NCBI GenBank assembly: GCA_951406725.2
Contig: OX597830.1
Location: 35,092,001 to 35,156,000, forward strand
Origin: Octopus vulgaris
Lineage: Eukaryota
DNA: 64,000 bases
Direction of reading: 5' to 3'
This document shows, in pieces, positions 13,925 to 26,813 of this stretch. The position numbers and the translations under genes are program-made. The notes beneath the pieces were generated by a model. That model saw nothing but the letters and a program-made list of their open reading frames with translations, ran no database searches and was not told the origin of the DNA. The first letter of the stretch is position 1. Every line of letters starts with the position of its first letter.

Positions 13925-14342
13925 GAATCACCTCATGGTCCCGGGTTCAACAACATGGTTCTGGGTTTAGTCCCACTGCATGGTACCTTGGGCAAGTTTC
14001 TTCTGCTACAGCCATGGGCCGACTAAACCATTATGAATGGATTTGGTAGACGGAAATTGAAAGAAGCCTGCTGAATATATATATATAAATATATATATAT
14101 GGGTGTGTGTTTAGGTGTGTATATGTCTTTGTGTCTGTGTTTGTCCCCACCATCGCTTGACAACCATAGTTAGCGTATTTATGCCCCCTTAACTTAGCGG
14201 TTCGGTAAAAGAGACCCATAGAATAAGTACTAGGCTGACAAAGAATAAGTCCTGGGGTCGATTTCTTCGATTGAAACAAAACCTCTAAGTAGTGTTCCAG
14301 CATGGCTACAATGAAAATAACTGAAACAAGACAAAAATAAAT
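13925..14342 (+). mobile_element. SINE family B, near full length and diverged
   Basis: ACCTTGGGCAAG CORE-like segment, GGATTTGGTAGACGGAAA, internal TA/TG repeat, 3' end CCAGCATGGC...CTGAAACAAG. Confidence 0.85.
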
Positions 14343-15644
14343 GAATATATATTTAAATCCAAACAGTATATCAGCAAATCTTTTGGTATTTTTTATTCAC
14401 CGTTACATATGTTTTGTACAAACGGAATTTACAAAGTTGTACATTAGCAAAAACATGTAAGAAATTTACTATTAAAAACATATGTCCTTTATTTGGGCTG
14501 AAATCCGCTTCGCTGACTTTCTTGCTACTACAACCAAATTCTGTTTGCAACAGCTTAGTTGTGAGATGAACCGGTGTGTGACCAGCAGCTTTCCTCATGT
14601 CTCCAGAAATTATATCTGCATTTTTATGGATGGATTCACCTTCTCTGGGAAGTTAACACTCTTTTTAAAAACTTTTTATAAAAACTGTGCATCATTAGAA
14701 AGCATTTTAAGTCTGCTTATAATTTGACTTTAAATTTCATAGAACTCACTCCTAATACTTCATGAGGATAGTCACACTCTCTAGGATGTCTGGAAAACAT
14801 ATATGGGATTTAGCTGATGAATACTGGACATTTGTATTTGCTGTAATATTTGCAGCTTTAAATAAAATTGTTCTTAGGATGAAACAATTGTACTAGACTA
14901 CTAATCCATTCTTGTTGCTTTTTTCTTGGTTATATATAAATGTATGTATGTATGTATATATGCATCTATGAATCTATGCATATATGTATCTATATATGTA
15001 TGTATGCATGTACGTCTCTTCAAATTTTTTAATTATCAAAAATCTTCCATTGAGGAGGGATCCGGTTTCCAACAAAGATGCAAGACCCCATCTTTGAGAT
15101 GTAGTTAACACAGACAAATTCACATTTAGAACTTGAGAAAAGTCTTGCATGTCTATACTGTTCCACTCACAGATCGCCCTTGTAATGCACGAATTAGCCA
15201 GTCGAGTTCACTTGCTGAGAATCCCAGTTTATCCAGATTTATGTATGCAAGTACTTGTATGTTCCTATTTTTTTCTATTTATATGTGCATATAGCTATGT
15301 GTATAAGCACGCAGGAAGAATGGTTACAAACTGTTCTACTAAAACATGAAAGGTATATATAGCTCACAACACCAGAAACAAAAATAATAAAATTCTTACG
15401 ACCCGTGGAGACAAAGATTTACAAAAGTTCAAGAAGTTGAATGTGTTTATCTTATTTTACAGAAAGTAAAACACATAGCGATTGATTGACTCATGATGTC
15501 AAACAAATAAATAAACACATACAAAGACTTGCTCACTGAAGAAGTGTATTAAGAAGTGAAGTGAATGAGTGAATGGGAAATACATTCAATCACACGCACT
15601 CAGAAAGAGAGAACGGAATACCCTCAGACATACACGCTGTTCTG

Positions 15645-15688
15645 TGTGTATATATACATATATATATATAGATATCTATGTATATATG

Positions 15689-15737
<49 letters not shown>

Positions 15738-15748
15738 GTATATATGTA

Positions 15749-15799
<51 letters not shown>

Positions 15800-16251
15800 G
15801 TATGTATGTCTATACGTGTGTGTGTATTGTGTATGTATATATATCTGTCTGAGAGGTGTAGGTAGAGAGCGGTTTCTTAAGCGATGAAAATGCTACTATT
15901 AATGATGTTCTCATTTCTGCATATTTACATTTTGTAGATGTTTTTCTCCTATTCATCTCACCTACCATCCCTTGCTCGTCTTTCAGACTCCCTGATATTA
16001 TCACTCTCTCTCTCTCTCTCTCTCTCTCTCACTTAAACTCTTTCTCCCTTCCTTTTGCTTGTTATCTGTCTCTCTCATACTCATTGACTATATCTATAAT
16101 TCAAAATATGGTTCCTTGATATATATATTAGTTCTATTTTTTTTTCGGTAATGTTTTAGAATTTTCTTTGGTTGTTATCGATACACATTCTTCTTCATCA
16201 TATTTTTTCCTATCACCGTATATATACGTATATATTTATATTTACACACAG

Positions 16252-16350
<99 letters not shown>

Positions 16351-16621
16351 CATATATGTATGTGTATAATGGCGGCCATGAATGATATCTATCGTTTCAC
16401 CTTTCATTAACTTATGATACTGAGGTGCAAGAGGTGCACCTAATTGGTTGTTCTGTTAGTTCTTATTTACTTCCTCCATCAAAGAGAATGGATCGTTAGT
16501 GAAGGCTTTAAAAAAAAAAGGTTGGTGGAAAAAAAAACGAAATTATTTCATATCAAAAGAAAGAGACGAACATACGAAGACTAAAAATTCGCACATTCGC
16601 ACTCTAAAGCCTGTACCACAA

Positions 16622-16660
<39 letters not shown>

Positions 16661-16800
16661 TATATATATATAAAGATATATATATATTTATATATGTATA
16701 TTGTATATATATATATGTTTATATATATGTATATACGTATATATATTTATGTATATATCTGTATGTAATAATGTACATATATCACTGTGTATGCAGTATG
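15645..16800. repeat. Cluster of (TA)n and (CT)n microsatellites
   Basis: Direct observation. Confidence 0.85.
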
Positions 16801-17474
16801 TAGTTCTAATTGTAAGTGGAATTTCTCTTATATTCCTTACCCAGTATATAAAGGCACTTAATACCCAGTAGATGCACAACACACACACACACACACATGT
16901 ATACACACGCATATAGATATAAACATACTTCTCATCTTATATACCTACTTTTGTGCGCATGAGGGTTCTTCTACTTATACTAGTTTTTTTTTAAAGTTTA
17001 CTGGGTTTTTTTCTCTGTGACTCAATTGCTTCTGTCTTCATGTATCCTGACGTTTTTACATAACATGTAAAAAGTGTGCGCGCCTACGCGCATGTGTGCG
17101 CTCGCGTGTGCGCACGTGAGTGTGTTTGTGTATGAGATTTTTGTAGGTCTGTGCGAGTTTGCCTCCGTATTGAGATGTATGACTATATCTAAATTTCTGT
17201 GTGTACTGTGATTTAGTACGTAGCTGTGTGCTTCAGTGAGTGTGCGTGCGGGCGTAGGTGTGTGTGTGTATGCTTGCCTACATGTGACTATAATGGAGTT
17301 GGTATACGCAATTTGATGTACTGCTCATTTTATAATTAACGTATTTACATGTCACAGTCTCTAAAATTACAAAACAAGTCTTCATATAGGAGGAGAGAAT
17401 AGATAAGTTCATGCTTAACTATCTGTCTATCTGTGTATCAATTTATCTTTCTAGCTAGTTACCCAGCATTCCAG

Positions 17475-17539
<65 letters not shown>

Positions 17540-17648
17540 AACCTTTATAATTATCTATCTATCTGTCCATCCATCCATCTTTCTATCTATCTATTTACCT
17601 CTAACTGTCTCTCTACCAATTGTTTTTTCTATCTACCGATGTTTCTTT

Positions 17649-17876
17649 TTAAAATTATAATTTAGGGTATCTAAGAGATACCATCACACTGAAAATAGCA
17701 GCCAAAATTTGACTCTAAAACCACATTAAATGTTCATACAGCACCAGGAGAGAAGACAAAAGGACAAAATAAACTACCTGGTGCTGTATGAACATTTACT
17801 GTGGCTTTAGAGTCAAGTTTTGGCTGCTGTTTCCAGCGTGGTGGTATCTCATAGATACCCTAAATCATAATTTTAA
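17649..17876. repeat. Foldback inverted repeat with ~100-bp arms and a ~28-nt loop
   Basis: 17649-17748 is the reverse complement of 17777-17876 with about 9 substitutions. Confidence 0.9.
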
Positions 17877-18465
17877 TAATAATTATTACCTTTGAAGGTT
17901 TTTATTCCCATGCTGGCCACTTGATAAGATCGATATTTAAATTAACGATCTTATCCTTATTTATATAAAAATGTTTGTATTTAGGTAGCTAGATCGATAC
18001 ATATATACATACCATATATAAGTTGAACGTATATAAGCCTACAAATATGTTTATATACATAGACTTACCAACTCCAACATGCTTGCTCACTGGAATAAAC
18101 CTTTCAAGTCATAACCACACATACATGCATACGTACATACATGCATACAATATGTATACACATATTTGCATACTTCAAAAGTACACAGAAACACAGCGAA
18201 ATTAGATTTATTCACAAACTTTGTAGTTCAACAATATATTGACCCACAGATGATAAATTCTGCAAGGCCGTCTTAAGTATTAAAGGACCTATATTTGTGC
18301 AAGCAGCAACGCAGTAAACTATTGTGCATTTTTTAAAATATTTATTTACTGCTTAATCTTTACACGGAACGGGCTGCTTTTGAAGTTGAACGAATACACG
18401 CTAATAAAAAGGAGAACGATTGTATATTGTAATACATTCATGCAATTATTCATATGATTGCACTA

Positions 18466-18862
18466 AGGGCGGTGAGCAGGCAGAAGCGTTAGCACGCCGG
18501 GCGAAATGCGTAGCCGTATTTCGTCTGCCGCTACGTTCTGAGTTCAAATTCCGCCGAGGTCGACTTTGCTTTTCATCCTTTCGGGGTCGATAAATTAAGT
18601 ACCAGTTACGCACTGGGGTCGATATAATCGACTTAATCCGGCTGTCTGTCCTTGTTTGTCCTCTCTGTGTTTAGCCCCTTGTGGATAGTAAAGAAATAGG
18701 TATTTCGTCCGCCGTTACGTTCTGAGTTTAAATTACGCCGAGGTCGACTTTGCCTTTCATTCTTTCGGAGTCGATAAATTAAGTACCAGTTGAGTACTGT
18801 GGTTGACGTAAGAGACTAGTCTCCGCCCCTAAATTTCGGACCTTGTGCCTATTGTAGAAAGA
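18466..18862 (+). mobile_element. SINE family A, two body units, well preserved
   Basis: Head, B-box, two bodies and 3' tail CCTTGTGCCTATTGTAGAAAG. Confidence 0.92.
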
Positions 18863-18940
18863 ATTCATATGATTGCACGTAGAATCACATATATAAAAGC
18901 ATACACGCATTATATATACAAATGTGTGTGTGTGTGTCTG

Positions 18941-18993
<53 letters not shown>

Positions 18994-19439
18994 TAATAGT
19001 GGCACTGAATATAAAGAACCAAAACAACATCGATGTCTTTTTAACTTTTCTTTACAGATGTAAGAAATCCCGTATCAAGAAATGCTGGTGCCTTGCATCT
19101 CTTTCGGCAAAGAATATGATAATTAATTATTTTACAAATCCTAACATTTGTCGAGGAGAAGCAATGTAAAAGAGAACTGAGTGTATTAAAGGAACTTAAG
19201 TATTAAATGCACCTATCAGCGTTTCTCAGATGATATATTTTGTAACTGAATGGATTAAGTATTACAGACCGGATAAATTTTTAATCCTTAGTTTTCTATT
19301 TCTTTTTTGTTTCTGAGCTATTGATAGTAACTGAGATATGCTTACGACATCCTTTTAATAGCTAAAGCATTCGTATAAATGGGCTAATTAATGTGAGTAT
19401 GCGGTTGGCAAACGGTGGCATAGATGTATGATCTACCAG

Positions 19440-20045
19440 ATTTTATACCAAATTTACGCTACATTACGATCAGTCACATCCAACAGTCATTTTATATTAC
19501 ATTACAATCAGTCATTTTTAACACTAATTTTATATCACATTAGGATCAGTCACATGTAGCACCAAATTTATGACACAGTGTGATCAGTCACATTTAACAC
19601 CAAATTTATGACACAATGTGGTCAGTCACGTTTAACACCAAATTTATGACACAATGTGGTCAATCACATTTAACACTAAATTTATGACACAGTGTGATCA
19701 GTCACATTTAACACCAAATTTATGACACAATGTGGTCAGTCACGTTTAACACCAAATTTATGATGCAGTGTGGTCAATCACATTTAACACTAAATTTATG
19801 ACACAGTGTGATCAGTCACATTTAGCACAAAATTTATGACACAATGTGGTCAGTCACATTTAACACTAAATTTATGACACAGTGTGATCAGTCACGTTTA
19901 ACACCAAATTTATGATAGTGTGATCAATCATATTTAACACCAAATTTATGACACTGTGTGATTAGTCACATTTAGCACCAAATTTATGTTATCCATTGAT
20001 AAGTTACATTTAACACCAAATTTATGTTACATTATGATCAGTCAC
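19440..20045. repeat. 38-bp minisatellite, about 15 units
   Basis: Unit ACCAAATTTATGACACAGTGTGATCAGTCACATTTAAC starts at 19561, 19599, 19637, 19675, 19713, 19751, 19789 and onward. Both edges are degenerate. Confidence 0.95.
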
Positions 20046-20434
20046 AATTAATAGCGTTCCAAAGATATGATTTAATATCGTTCCTGAAATTAGCAATAGT
20101 TGGCATTGTTTTTTTTTTTCAGATTTTCTGGGTTAGTGAAATACTCATTCTAATTGACTTTAAGACTTCGCCAGTTCTTATCGATTCAAAGATTGATGAA
20201 AGGCAACGTCTGCCAGTGGCAGGTTTCGACTTCAAAATAAAAATTAAATACTGAAATATATTTCGTCGAATAATCTACCGTTTCTTGTATCCACAACCAT
20301 ATTAGTTTTAAAGGGGTAAAATTTTAATTTTGACGTGTTGCCAGTTTAATTTGAACAGATAAAAGTATTATACCTATATGGCAAAATCTAATAAGTTTCA
20401 ACATTTGACATTTTTGACATTGCCATTGTTTACT

Positions 20435-20700
20435 CTCACTCACTCTCTCACTCACTCAATTTTTATCACTATCCTTCTGTTTGCTTCGTGACGCCACCCA
20501 TTTCCCTCGTTATCTCTCGTATACATACATAAGACTTGCAATAGTACTTGCGAGGGTATTCACCCAGGGCGGGATGAACCGGTCCGACCAACGAGATCGC
20601 CACTTCCTTCACGAATGCTGACCGCATCCGACGGTCGGCCGCAGTCGAGGTTGTAATGAATACCCGGACAGCGCGGGTCACACCGACTTAAAAAGCGTGC
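20435..20700 (+). mobile_element. Possible non-autonomous Helitron/Helentron-like element, GC/CpG-rich
   Basis: (CACT)n tract at the 5' side and terminal hairpin ACCCG-GACAGCG-CGGGT at 20662-20678. No intact CTAG end was found. Confidence 0.35.
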
Positions 20701-20727
20701 ACTTTGCATAATGAAGAGCGCTTTATT

Positions 20728-21017
20728 TTAATTCTTTATTACCCACAGGGGATAAACATAGAGGAGACAAACAAGGACAGACAAAGGGATTAAGTCCATT
20801 ACATCAACCCCTGTTTGTAACTGATACTTAGTTAATCGACCCAGAAAAGATGAAAGGTAAAGTCCACCTCGGCAGAATTTATATTATCACTACTAGAATC
20901 GTTAGGATGCCGGGCAAAATGCTAAACGGTATATGTTCTGAGTTCAAATTCCTCCTAGGTCGACTTTGCCTTTCATCCTTTCGGGTAAAAAAAAGAACCA
21001 GTTGAACACTGGGGTCA
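20728..21017. mobile_element. Two SINE family A fragments head-to-head (20728-20880 minus, 20890-21017 plus)
   Basis: Family A body sequence present in both orientations. Confidence 0.8.
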
Positions 21018-21480
21018 AAGGGGCATGCAACATCAACTATACAGCATATGTAGTGCACTTTCTCTACCACCACTACGTCCGGTATGTTATGCTCTAGCAC
21101 CTGATCTGTTTGGATTGGGAAGTTTCAAAGGATTTTGCTAGTCTCCGACTCTGCCGCTCTCTGTGGTTTGTGCTCATATCACGTCTTGTCTCTCTCTAGT
21201 CCCCACTTTTCACACAGTTCCCAGTGTAGCACTTTCGCTACCTGATCGTGTCGCCACAACTTGTAGTGGTTTAGGTCAAGTCTAGTGCATTCGTTCGTGA
21301 TATGGACAATGGTTTCATCAACTGTATTGCAGATGAGACACAGCGGAGACACTTGCACATTCATCAGGTTGACCCTCCAGTTTGTTGGCAGAGCTTGGGC
21401 CTGCGCTATCAGTATAGTGCGCTCGGTCTCTTTTTTGGAGGGGACCTCTCATCAACCAATCCCCGCTATTTTTTCCTGAA
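21010..21480 (-). mobile_element. R4/Dong-like RLE non-LTR retrotransposon fragment (zinc knuckle and PD-D endonuclease)
   Basis: CLICNTVDETIVHITNEC...YKLWRHDQVAKVLHWELC (ORF 21179-21364) followed by IQTDQVLEHNIPDVVVVEK...CIVDVACPFD (ORF 20879-21100), with in-frame stops between them. Confidence 0.88.
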
Positions 21481-22328
21481 ATGTCTATTGTGGCTACGCA
21501 TTATTATTATTAGTGTTGTTGTTGTTTCTAGATTACAAGGCCCTTTAAACTGCAAAAACGAAAATATTGTTACATAATTAGAAAAATTTACAGAGTATAT
21601 GTGTGACCAAAGTATATTCAATAAATGTTTCATTCGCATTTCATTACAGTAGTAAATGTAACTCAGGAAATACTTTGTATATTTTGTAAATATAATACTA
21701 ATGTCCCTCTTGCTATTATTGTAAATAAACATAAAGACCGCGCAATATAAATACTGACACATTGCTATATTTACGATAGCATGTTAGCACTTGTTTACAA
21801 GTATCTGTGTATATGAATGTCTGTGTGTGTATGTGTGTTCATGCATGTGTGTGTATGAACATACGCAAAAATAGTGAGATCACATTTTATCGTTGTTCTG
21901 GCTTTAAAGAAGGACAGAACGAATAATTTGAAAAGAAAAAATAAATAATCACATGCCACGCTTGTATGCCTAATCTATGTTAATTAAACTGTGATTGAGG
22001 CATCATATAGAAAATCATGTTTGAGCCTTCCCTACAGCTACTACTGCAAGTACTGTTGTTGCAGTTTGCTGCTATTTTATCGGTTTAACATTTTGTTGCA
22101 TTGCGTAAAACAAATCAACAAAACAAAAATATATATATATACCTAAAATTCTGAGAGAAATAAACATTGAAATTTCTAAAATAATTACACAGCAGAAGTC
22201 TGTCTGTCTTGTGGATAATTTAGACGTAATGAATAAGGAAAGAAAATAAATAAATAAATCAAAGCGTATTTAAATATCTTTGTTAGCTTGAATCAAGGCC
22301 TATTTGAATATGTAATTTAACCTATTCG

Positions 22329-22711
22329 AGGCACTCCGTCGGTTACGACGACGAGGGTACCAATTGATCCGATCAACGGAACAGCCTGCTCGTGAAATTA
22401 ACGTGCAAGTGGTTGAGCACTCCACAGATACGTGTACCCTTAACGTAGTTCTCAGGGGGATTCAGCGTTACTCAAAGTGTAACAAAGCCGGCCTTTTGAA
22501 ATACAGGTACAACATAAACAGGAAGAAAGAATGAGAGAAAATTGTGGTGAAAGAGTACAGCAGGGTTCTCCCCCCCCCCCCTGCCGGAGTCTCGTGGAGC
22601 TTTAGGTGTTTTCGTTCGATGAACACTCACAACACCCGGTCGAGGAATCGAAACTGCGATCCTACGACAGCTAGTCCGCTGCCCTAACCACTGGACCATT
22701 GCGCCTCCACT
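22329..22711 (-). mobile_element. tRNA-derived SINE family C, full length
   Basis: Minus strand GGAGGCGCAATGGTCCAGTGGTTAGGGCAGCGGACT...GTTTCGATTCC (A and B boxes); 3' part GTTAATTTCACGAGCAGGCTGTTCCGTTGATCGGATC...GTCGTCGTAACCGACGGAGTGCC is shared with 37314 and 61156. Confidence 0.88.
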
Positions 22712-22849
22712 TAACCTATTGGATATCATACGTTAGTATTTTAAATTAACTTTGCAAAATGTTTATGAAGGGCACTATTTGTCTGAAACTGGTTTCTCAA
22801 AATTATTATAGACCTCAAGTGATTTCTTCATCAACATTATTTTCCTACC

Positions 22850-23320
22850 CAGATATTTGTCTTCGAATAAATGGAACAAGGTCGAAAGGTTTACACGTGG
22901 GTGTAGGACTTCGGTAGTGATGCGTTTTGTCGCCTCACTTTTTTCATGATCTTTATGAGATGCGTTGCCCTTGTGAAGGTGGTATCATAATCAATGGGTG
23001 TCGGATCATTTTGGCCGGTATTTACAGACGACATGATGCTATTTGGGTCACCACTCAGTGAATGGGTTCATTGCCACGTTTGCTAGGCAGGGATGAGAAT
23101 AAGATTTGCGAAGACTGAGATCTTGGTCATCTGAAGAAAGTCATACCAGTGCACTCTGCATGCTACTAGGACGCCACTGAACGAAGTATCTCGCGGCCGT
23201 ATTCACGAGGGGTAGCAATTAGGAGACTGAATTAGATGCTAAAATTGCAGGTGCTGTCAAAGCAAGGAACTCAATAATGTTCGTTAGATTTTTTATTCGG
23301 TTCTCAGAAAGGAAGATGCA
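22850..23320 (+). mobile_element. Decayed RTE-type LINE reverse transcriptase fragment
   Basis: GVGLR**CVLSPHFFMIFM ... FTDDMMLFG ... GMRIRFAKTEILVI matches the RT motifs GLRQGCVLSP, FADD and G..I...KT. Confidence 0.72.
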
Positions 23321-23431
23321 TTATGTCCTTGTGCACTGTTCTTTTATTTTACACATCTCTCTCTAATACACTCATATGAAAATGAGTGCTGTCTTGTTGA
23401 GATTGTGGGACGATTTATAATTTCAGCCTAA

Positions 23432-23831
23432 ACACTTTTACTCTTTTACTTGTTTCAGTCATTTCACTGCGGCTATGCTAGAGCACTGTCTTTAGTCGAG
23501 CAAATCGATCCCAAGACTTATTCTTTTGTAAGCTTAGTACTTAATCTATCGGTTTCTTTTGACAAACCGCTATGTTACGGGGACGTAAACACACCAGCAT
23601 TGGTTGTCAAGCGATGTTTGAGGAATAAACACAGACACACAAACATATACACACGCATATATATATGAATATATATATATATACCGGAGTAAACACATAA
23701 ATGTGAAACAAGGTGTAAAAAGAGTACTCAAATACCAGCGGTAGAGTAATATGCTTTATTTAAAGCAGCAGAAAATTCAACAAAACCTGTTACTCTGAGT
23801 AACAGGTTTTGTTGAATTTTCTACTGCTTTA

Positions 23832-23885
<54 letters not shown>

Positions 23886-24042
23886 CAGGCTTTGGGCAGC
23901 TTCCGTCTACCAAATCCACTCACAAGGCTTTGGTCGGCCCAAGGCTATAATAGAAGACACTTGCCCAAGGTGCCACGCAGTGGGACTGAACCCGGAACCA
24001 TGTGGTTGGTAAGCAAGCTACTTACGACACAACCACTCCTGC
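23432..24042 (-). mobile_element. SINE family B, full length, interrupted in its (TA)n by an insertion
   Basis: 3' half at 23432-23650 and 5' half at 23885-24042. Confidence 0.9.
23683..23836. mobile_element. Penelope-like pLTR cassette ending in a palindrome with 40-bp arms; homologous to 60762-61030
   Basis: ACCGGAGTAAACACATAAATGTGAAACAAGGTG is shared with 60764. Palindrome 23756-23836 is centred on 23796 with one mismatch. Confidence 0.8.
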
Positions 24043-24329
24043 AGCATTTTCTACAATAAAGATATCAAAAACCATTGATATAGAAGCTTCTTTATGAATT
24101 TCGTAAAATACTTACACCCATTTACTCTTATATTTGTTTTGAATACTGGACATCCTGGAAAGCCTCCTTGTAGTGTTAATCGAACAAATTGTCAATTGTA
24201 CATACAAAATTTGGTACTTATTCTACCGATTTATTTTGTCGAATCGATATGTTATGGACACGTAATATCTATTACCAAGCGCCGAGGGTCAACCTCAAAG
24301 CTACACATTTACACAACACTCCTACGCAT

Positions 24330-24505
24330 ACACATATACGATAATCTTACAGTTTCTGTCTCCCGTCTACCAAATTTACTCACAATGCATTGATAAGAAC
24401 TGGGGCTGTAGTAGAAGACGCTGTCGAACATATCTACGCAGTAGGACTAAATCCGAAACTTTGAGGTTGCAGAGCGAATTTCTTAACCACACAGCTATTC
24501 CTGCG
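24330..24505 (-). mobile_element. SINE family B, 5' half, diverged
   Basis: CCGTCTACCAAATTTACTCACAA...TTCTTAACCACACAGC. Confidence 0.7.
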
Positions 24506-25036
24506 ATTCTAGGAAATAATTTCGAAATAAAATTCGTAGAAAATACATCTAAAAAGAAAGGCCAGCAGTGTAGTACCCGGTTGGTCCACACATTCAGTAA
24601 CATATAGAACTCTCTAACCAAATAAATGTCTTCCCTTTCTTTAGTTCTTTGAATGGATATTCTAACCATCATTCCCCCAAACCTCATGTCCAGTCATTCA
24701 ATGTCAACGGTTAAAAATATTTAATATCAAAACTACAACAAATTTGGAAAAATCATGAAGTATTATTCGTTTTATTTTTGTATTTGTAAAGGCGGGAAAC
24801 ATAAAGATTTAATTTACAGGAAACAGAAGGTGGTAAATTGTGGAGTTTATGCTTCTCTAAGTAGTAGTGGCGAGTAATGAATGATGTCGTAATTGTTTCA
24901 CGACAGCTGCTAAATAGACTGCAGCAGCGAAAGGAAAGTGATTTTGCAAGAATAAATTGATTTTGAATTAAAATATTAAAAGCTTAATTCGAAAAAATTA
25001 TCATTATGTTATCATCATTATTATTATCAAAATCAT

Positions 25037-25248
25037 TTATATAACAATCATAATAATAATAATGATAATAATAATAATTATAATAATAACAACAATAATA
25101 ATAATAATAATAATAATATTAATAATAAATATGATTATAATTGTCATTATTATCATAATTATTATTATTATTATTACTATTATTATTATTATTATTATTA
25201 CTATTATTATTACTATTTTGATTATCATCATTATTATTATTACTTTTA

Positions 25249-25313
<65 letters not shown>

Positions 25314-25365
25314 GATATTATTATTATTATCATTGTTATTATTGTTATTATTATTATTAATTCTA
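25037..25365. repeat. (AAT)n followed by (ATT)n microsatellite
   Basis: Direct observation. Confidence 0.9.
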
Positions 25366-25834
25366 TTAATGTCTTCGCTATCATCGCCATTATTCTAATT
25401 ATCAACACCAGCAGCAGCAATTACTGCAGCACCAATTACAGTAGTCGTCGTTGTGGTATTAGTGATTAGGGGGATTCATTGAAAGCATTAATAACTTCCA
25501 ATTTGTTTTAAATTTGAACGAAGTAAATTTGAAAATCATATTTCATTAGATATGTTTGTTTGTATTATATTATATTCACTATATTTTTTAGTTTTATAAT
25601 CCATGTTTTTATATATATATATTTTGTTTTAATTCTGCTTTCGTTATTTTTTTTTTTTTTGTATTTTCATAATCTATATTTTGGTTGGAAGATAATGAAG
25701 TCCGAAAGGATTTAGTCTTTATACAGGATTCCTGGCAGGCAGTTTTATCACATTATAGGAGCGGTCAAATTCATTAGATTCGAATTGTTCATAAATCGAA
25801 TTACATAATTAAATTTCATACACAAATTGGCATA

Positions 25835-25898
<64 letters not shown>

Positions 25899-26727
25899 TT
25901 AACGAAGAATAATGAAAATTAAAATTCCATAACAACAACAGTAATGTTGATGACGATGATGATGTTGATGATGAAACGAAACAAGAACATTTTTTTTGTA
26001 ATAAAAAAAAAATGAAAGCGGAAACTAAATTTGAAATTCGCACGTCAAGAATCTGCTGCTTCTCATTGAATATAGCAAATATATTACGAAGACAGCTAGC
26101 TAATTTGCTTAATATTCGTTAATATGTTAATTCGCCATTACACTTTGTCGCTGTTCAATATTTCCAAAACGATTACTGGTTCCATATTTGTCTTTTTGTT
26201 TCTTTGCTTTTGTGTTTTGTTTTTTCGCACGCTACGTTATAATTTCATATTTGTTTTATATTTTGTTAAATTTTATCCAAAATCTTCGTTTATTCTTTTT
26301 CTTTTCGCAATATTTTCAAATGCTTTTTTAATTAATTGTCTTTTCGTTAGTTTTCATTTTAATGTCTCTTCATCTTGATAATATTCTTTTATTTCCATTA
26401 GGAATTTTGTTATTTTTTAATATATCTTTTTTTTTGTATCCAAGTCCATATATTTAATTATTTTTCAGCTAGCTTTTGAGGGATTCTTTTGTTGTTGTTT
26501 TTTATTGCAACTTTCTGTTCTTTTCCTTCTAAAATTTTCTAGTCTTCTTTTCACAGATTTCTACTACGAAATTTTGCCATTGGATAAAAACACAACCATA
26601 CACACGCACACAAACACATACACATACAAAAACATACAACCAGACATACACACATAAAATATATCGATCCATCCGTCCATCCATCCATCCATCCATACAT
26701 GCATACATACATATATATACGTGTGTG

Positions 26728-26813
<86 letters not shown>

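Noticed and set aside
14371-14900. hAT transposase C-terminal remnant
   Set aside because: The resemblance (SEADFS versus ER.FS) is too weak to support a call.
19440-20045. CRISPR-like array (38-bp unit with a dyad)
   Set aside because: Units are contiguous with no unique spacers, there are no cas genes, and the context is eukaryotic.
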